From Octopus bimaculoides (Eukaryota), in assembly GCF_001194135.2 (NCBI RefSeq), contig NC_068982.1, positions 29,001,501 through 29,041,910 of the forward strand: a stretch of DNA of 40,410 bases, in the 5' to 3' direction. Shown piece after piece: positions 35,314 to 40,410 of the stretch (positions within the stretch are counted from its first letter, which is position 1; the number at the start of each line of letters is the position of its first letter). Below the pieces are notes generated by a model. The model did no database searches and was not told where the DNA came from. It saw only the letters and a program-made list of their open reading frames with translations. The position numbers were made by a program, and so were the translations under genes.

Positions 35314-35873
35314 ATTGGGATATAAGAGAAGAAAAGATAATATATTGCAGCTGAAATGCTTTTCTCGGTAGCAATAGAAACTGAAATTATGGCAACTGAG
35401 AACTTGATCATAAATCTCCCCTTATTATGATTTAGCGTCTTCTACGACACTCTACCATAGTTATTGTATATAAGAATATCTAACACCAGTGACACTCTTC
35501 AATGTTTGAGAGTAATAATGTTAAGCAGCATTTATGCTTTTCTCAAAGGATTTATGAATGATCGTAAAATTAAATCATTTCAGTCAAAATTATTAACCAT
35601 TTCGAATTCAGATCATCGATAGCTTAGCAATCTTAATCATAAAGTAATATTATGCAGTTTTTAAAAATATATTACGTAAATATGTCTTATTACCATAGCG
35701 TCCGACATCCATTCGAAAGGCATATATTTTATTCTCTTACCTGAAACTAATTGCATTTTGTCATGGTTTTGGAAATTACTTTTTTTAAATGTTTTATTAA
35801 TCAAACTTCCTTTCTTACAGCGTGGATGACCCAACTTTCATCGTGAGAATTGGCAAAGTACACAGTCATTATG

Positions 35874-35920
35874 TCTATCTTTCAGGCAATTTCTATCTTT
35901 CAGGCGATTTCTATCTTTCA
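35874..35920 (+). repeat. 18-bp tandem repeat x2.6 (TCTATCTTTCAGGCRATT)
   Basis: Copies start at 35874 and 35892, with a partial copy at 35910. Confidence 0.9.
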
Positions 35921-36222
35921 ATCGACTTTGTGAACATTTTTAACTTTTTAAAACATTCCTTTTATTAATTAATCTATTCCTCCTACAGTTGTGATAATTA
36001 ATACCACGAAATCTTCTGTAATCTTGTCTTATAGTTGATGTCATTAATAAAGTCACTGTGTCATTTATTGAATTCGCCACATTGTACTTCAAGGCTTAAA
36101 TATCATGAATATTACTGGATGTATTTATTATTCATGATATGTACTTTCTAATACCAATCTAAAAGGTATTTTGTCGACACAACGTTAGCTATCAATATTA
36201 GCTAATTCATTAATGTATACTT

Positions 36223-36592
36223 AAACAAGAGCACTCAGAGAGCGGAAACCTCTGCCAAGGCAACACCAATGTACTCTCAATGATTGGCCAGAGATGCTTT
36301 TTAAAATGAGAATATCTAAAATAAACTCGACTGCTCTCACAAACGAGAAGACTAAAATTGAACCTAACCGCTCTCAAAAATTAAGTAAAAAAAGATACAG
36401 GAAAAATCATCCAGAATCCTTGTCCGGTACCAGATCGATCTCATAATCTAATCAGTTACGAGGCCAAATATCCCTGAAACTTTCAACCGAATCCATCCAA
36501 CGGTTCTTGAGATATCTTGTCCACGGACAAATAAATAAACAAACAAACTAGACTGAAAACAATACCTCTGCCTTCGCTAAGGCGGAGGTAAT
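36223..36592 (+). mobile_element. Non-autonomous Helentron/HINE-like (or MITE-like) element
   Basis: A 5' subterminal ACCTCTGCC (36248-36256) recurs in the 3' hairpin TACCTCTGCCTT-cgct-AAGGCGGAGGTA (36563-36590). There is an internal palindrome TTGTCC-ac-GGACAA and an (AAAT/AAAC)n microsatellite before the hairpin. It is non-coding. Confidence 0.55.
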
Positions 36593-37287
36593 AAATTATT
36601 ATATATTATGGGATATTGATAAAAAGTTGTCCGCACTGAGTATGTTTTAAGGTAAGTAAGTAAGCTCTGCATGTGTTTAAAGATGCATATTACCAATTTC
36701 AGTAAGATTTCACGATATAAAGTTGCGTTTGTATGCGCTTAGTAACGTATTCTACAAATCTCAAAATAGTTAAGTTATACTTTATAAAGGAATTATGAGA
36801 AAGCTACAAGAAAGCGTAATCAGTCAGAATTGGGTTCGAAATCCAGGTCCATTTTGCATGAAGACAGCTGAAGTTTTCTTTCCAAAGAAATTTAGTCCTG
36901 TCTTCCAACCAAGAAATTGTTTCAGACATTAAAATGAACAACGTCAAAACCGGTCTGAAATGTAATGTGTTCTGTTTTCTCATTTTTTAAAGAGAAAATA
37001 TAATTATGACACCCAACACCATTTGGCAGATGGGATTCGACTTCATAGTAGACTACAAACATATACAAATACTAGAATATATTCTAATATTACCACATAC
37101 CACAACATACTGTAAATACCCGAAGCCCAATTTTTTACTTCTGAAGTTGTAGTATTTATTATGGTGTAAAAAATAAGGTTGCTATTGACAAAGTAGAAAT
37201 CATAAAATTGTTCTACTTTCATTTGTAGTACATTAATACACAGTAATATAAACTGGCACACGCAAAAATGTGTGTGCGTGTGTGTTT

Positions 37288-37414
<127 letters not shown>

Positions 37415-38033
37415 CGTACGGGGTCTTGAGATAATTTGTGGAAGAATGTAGTCTAGGAATCCGGTAAGCATTATCCTATCATATAGTTTTTGGTCTGTTG
37501 AAATCCATTTCGAAACAAAAATACAACTTAGAACCTGATCTTCTTTCAGAAGTTCCTTCGAATCATATATTAGCAACACTTTTTAAACGGTTTTATCACC
37601 CTCATGTATTATTATTACATATTCCATATTCATTCAAATAAGCGTTTATTCCTATCAAATAAGTTGAAAATTAATTGCAACATATAAAACCAATTAGAAG
37701 ATTCGTATTATCGCTAAGACTCGCATTCGTAGAAGAACATCCTCCGCAGTAGTCAGATTACACACATAGTTATTTTAATGCATACATAAATGTTATAGTT
37801 TGTTTCACAGCCAAATTAAATATTCATGTGCAACGATGTTCATTACTTTACTTGAAACTTTACCAACTAATATGAGTGAAAAACATTTTCGCATTTAATG
37901 TACATTAACCGTACATACCCAACGCATTACATAATTTTATCTTCATTTTCTAAAATAATGAACGGAGGTAGGGACATGTATGTATGTATGTATGTATGTG
38001 TATGTATGTATGTATAATATTAGTATTCATTAT

Positions 38034-38735
38034 ATACCATTAGGTTTCTGGAAGACACGCATCAAATGGCAACCTCCAATTTTGTAATATAGTATACAAT
38101 TCGAAGCCAATTGAAAACTGAACTGAGGCTTGATGTATTCTCGAATGCTCAAATAAGAGTAATTGTGGCATAGCTAAAAATTACAGGGTAATCTTTACAG
38201 TTACAGCAGCAAAGATGTGTTAGAAATCTGTTTAAAAATTGTTACTGAAACTCTATACATCCAAAAGTCTTTCGGAAAAAGAACAGGTTCAGGTAAAGTT
38301 GGAATCTGCCTATTGTTAGATAAATCTTTACAATCCGAAGGATCATTTGGGGAGTCAGAAATAAAAATCTACGAACAGTTTCAAACGTTCTCCACTCTGA
38401 CCAATGAGGTCTAACGAAGCTAATCCTTATATACACAGTACATCAAGAAGTAATAACAGCAGTAATGATGTCCTATAAGAAGACAAGAGCTGAACTACCA
38501 TCACCTGATGGAGACACCGACTTTCTCTACATCACTGTAAGCATACCATATTCCTATCCGTCATCTACTTGGACTATGTTCCTCACATTTCTTATGAAGA
38601 AAATGAAAGAACTCGGCGTCCTCTAGCAACAATCACCTCCTCTTGTTGCCCAGCTAAAAAAAATAACAGATGATATCGTTCTCTTTGCTGACACCATCTC
38701 GGAAGATTGCATCATTCTACATGACCTTTAAAAAG
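38034..38735 (+). mobile_element. RTE-clade LINE reverse transcriptase remnant, heavily decayed
   Basis: Hand translation across frameshifts gives, in the expected RT order: IPLGFWKT, FCNIVYN, CGIAKNYRVIFTVTAAK, FRKKNR, TIRRIIWGVRNKNL, TAVMMSYKKT...SPDGDTDF, VIYLDYV and ITDDIVLFA. Confidence 0.85.
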
Positions 38736-39786
38736 TGGTAACAGGTATTGTTCTGCTTTAAAGTTTGAATATGTCTACTACAATCAAGCGGCTCATTTGT
38801 ATGTTACGCGCCGTTCTAGATAATCTCGTAGAAAAAGCTTCGAACCACACAAAAACAGTATAGTAGACACTTGCAAGTATTGGTGCCATTAGATAGAAAG
38901 ACATGTGTTTTCCTGGACATTGCTGAAAAGCCAAGCAAGAATTCAAGTGATGCATTTCTGTAGACACTCAACATGGATACACCAGCTCTTTACGTACAGA
39001 GCTGTTACCTTACTGACCTTTCACATAGCATCGTTATTAATGGAGTGAATGCATCAGACAAATCCGAGAAAACTCAACCTGATGGCGATCAATATTAAAC
39101 AAGTTGACAAGTGGATTGGTAAAGTGTGTAAGTCTTATCAAATGAATGCAATTTATCACTCTCAAACACAACATATAAACAAGTTTAGCTAAATAATATC
39201 TGAAGTATACTTATTTCGATACGATGTTGTCAAATTGATTCTTCTAAATTGTATTCTAATTATATATAACTTTTTTCATCTAAATCACCTACCACACCAT
39301 TGCTCAGTCTTCGGATTAACTCAGGGAAGTTATATTATAAAACTTTGTACATGATATACCTTTTTCTCTTCTTTCTTTGCAGGACTCAGAAGTTTGTTGA
39401 TATTTTCATTGGATTTAATCGACAGAAAGTTACAAAATTGACTCAAGGGGCAAGGTTTTTGACGACGCATCAGATTAACTTGGAATCTGGGATCTTTTTT
39501 CTTTATATAGAGTTAATATTACAATTATTTTCAGTGTTCGTTTAAAAATCAAAATTGGAGGGTCACCAAAAACACATATTTTCAGTATGAAGAGTATGAA
39601 GTTATTTAGAACGGTTTCTTTTCCATTTCTTTTCATTGAACTGAGACATTCCAATACTTTTATTTTATAACATTCTTCTTTTTTGTTTGTCTTCATTTCC
39701 GTAATATGAATACACAAGGAAAGAGATGTTTTCACTATCTCTGAAAATATTTATTTATAATAATTTATTATCATTTTTATTTCTAG

Positions 39787-39908
39787 TTTGCCGGGACAAG
39801 TCTCGCTACTGCTCATTGGTGACCTACATGAAGATGTGTCGTTATCCTCAGTTTCGAACAGAATGTTGCCGCTCTTGTCGTAATCACGTTTACTGGAGGT
39901 ATCGTTGA
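39787..39908 (+). CDS. ADAMTSL1/3: ADAMTS-like terminal coding exon: PLAC domain and stop
   Basis: Acceptor tttctag ends at 39786. The phase 1 entry matches the exit at 15778 (g|tt = Val). CRDKSRYCSLVTYMKMCRYPQFRTECCRSC shows the six-Cys PLAC pattern, and TGA is at 39906-39908. Confidence 0.93.
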
Positions 39909-39959
39909 CACCACATTTTGACCTTGCCACACACATACAGACGTCCGAAGAAAAGAGAA

Positions 39960-40099
39960 AATAAACAAAAAATAAATAAAGGAAATAAAATAAAATAAAT
40001 ATGCAACAACAGAAAAAGAATAAAACCAAACAACAATAAATAGAGAGATAAACGGAAACAAGTGTCGTTAGAGAAGACGAAATGAAGACATTTAATAAA
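39960..40099 (+). promoter_or_regulatory. Cluster of AATAAA polyadenylation signals in the putative 3' UTR
   Basis: AATAAA occurs at 39960, 39971, 39975, 39984 and 40094, downstream of the stop. The region is A-rich, so the functional site cannot be picked. Confidence 0.4.
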
Positions 40100-40249
40100 A
40101 GTAAACACCAAATCCTGATTATATGAAAATGAAAATAATGAAAAAATATATATATATATTTCTAAATTATAAAAATTGAATTTTATGAAAATGTCTCGGA
40201 AACCACCTCCTTCAGAATTCGAAGTAACTGTCAACTTTTGTATTTGTGT

Positions 40250-40360
40250 GCGTATGTATGTATGTATGTATGTATGCACGCACTAATGTATGCTCGTATG
40301 TGTGTGTATATGTATATATATACACATACATATATAAATATGTAAATATATATATATGAA

Positions 40361-40410
<50 letters not shown>
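40250..40410. repeat. (GTAT)n/(TA)n microsatellite
   Basis: Directly visible at the end of the window. Confidence 0.95.

Overview
AT-rich, microsatellite-dense eukaryotic genomic DNA from a gapped short-read assembly. It has five N-gaps, each flanked by microsatellites, and a remnant of Illumina adapter at one contig edge. The repeat landscape (tRNA-headed SINEs, one with an internal microsatellite) looks like a coleoid cephalopod, probably Octopus; this is inference, not a database result. The window holds the 3' part of one + strand gene, an ADAMTS-like punctin (ADAMTSL1/3, MADD-4 type). Five exons (8442-8643, 12139-12960, 14415-14597, 15631-15778, 39787-39908) join through canonical AG/GT sites and matching phases into 491 aa plus stop. 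They encode TSP1 repeats, one Ig domain, three more TSP1 repeats and a C-terminal PLAC domain. The 24 kb last intron contains a decayed mariner, an RTE-clade LINE remnant, a Tc1 remnant, a Helentron/HINE-like element and a SINE cluster. I see no convincing new multi-gene system. The best leads are four. (1) A minimal hammerhead-ribozyme-like fold in a Penelope-type fragment. (2) A mariner whose 3' end has been replaced by an inverted copy of its 5' end, giving about 165 bp arms. (3) Inverted SINE pairs that would form dsRNA in the pre-mRNA. (4) A SINE sharing its 3' tail with a LINE-like end present in the same window. All alignments were done by eye.
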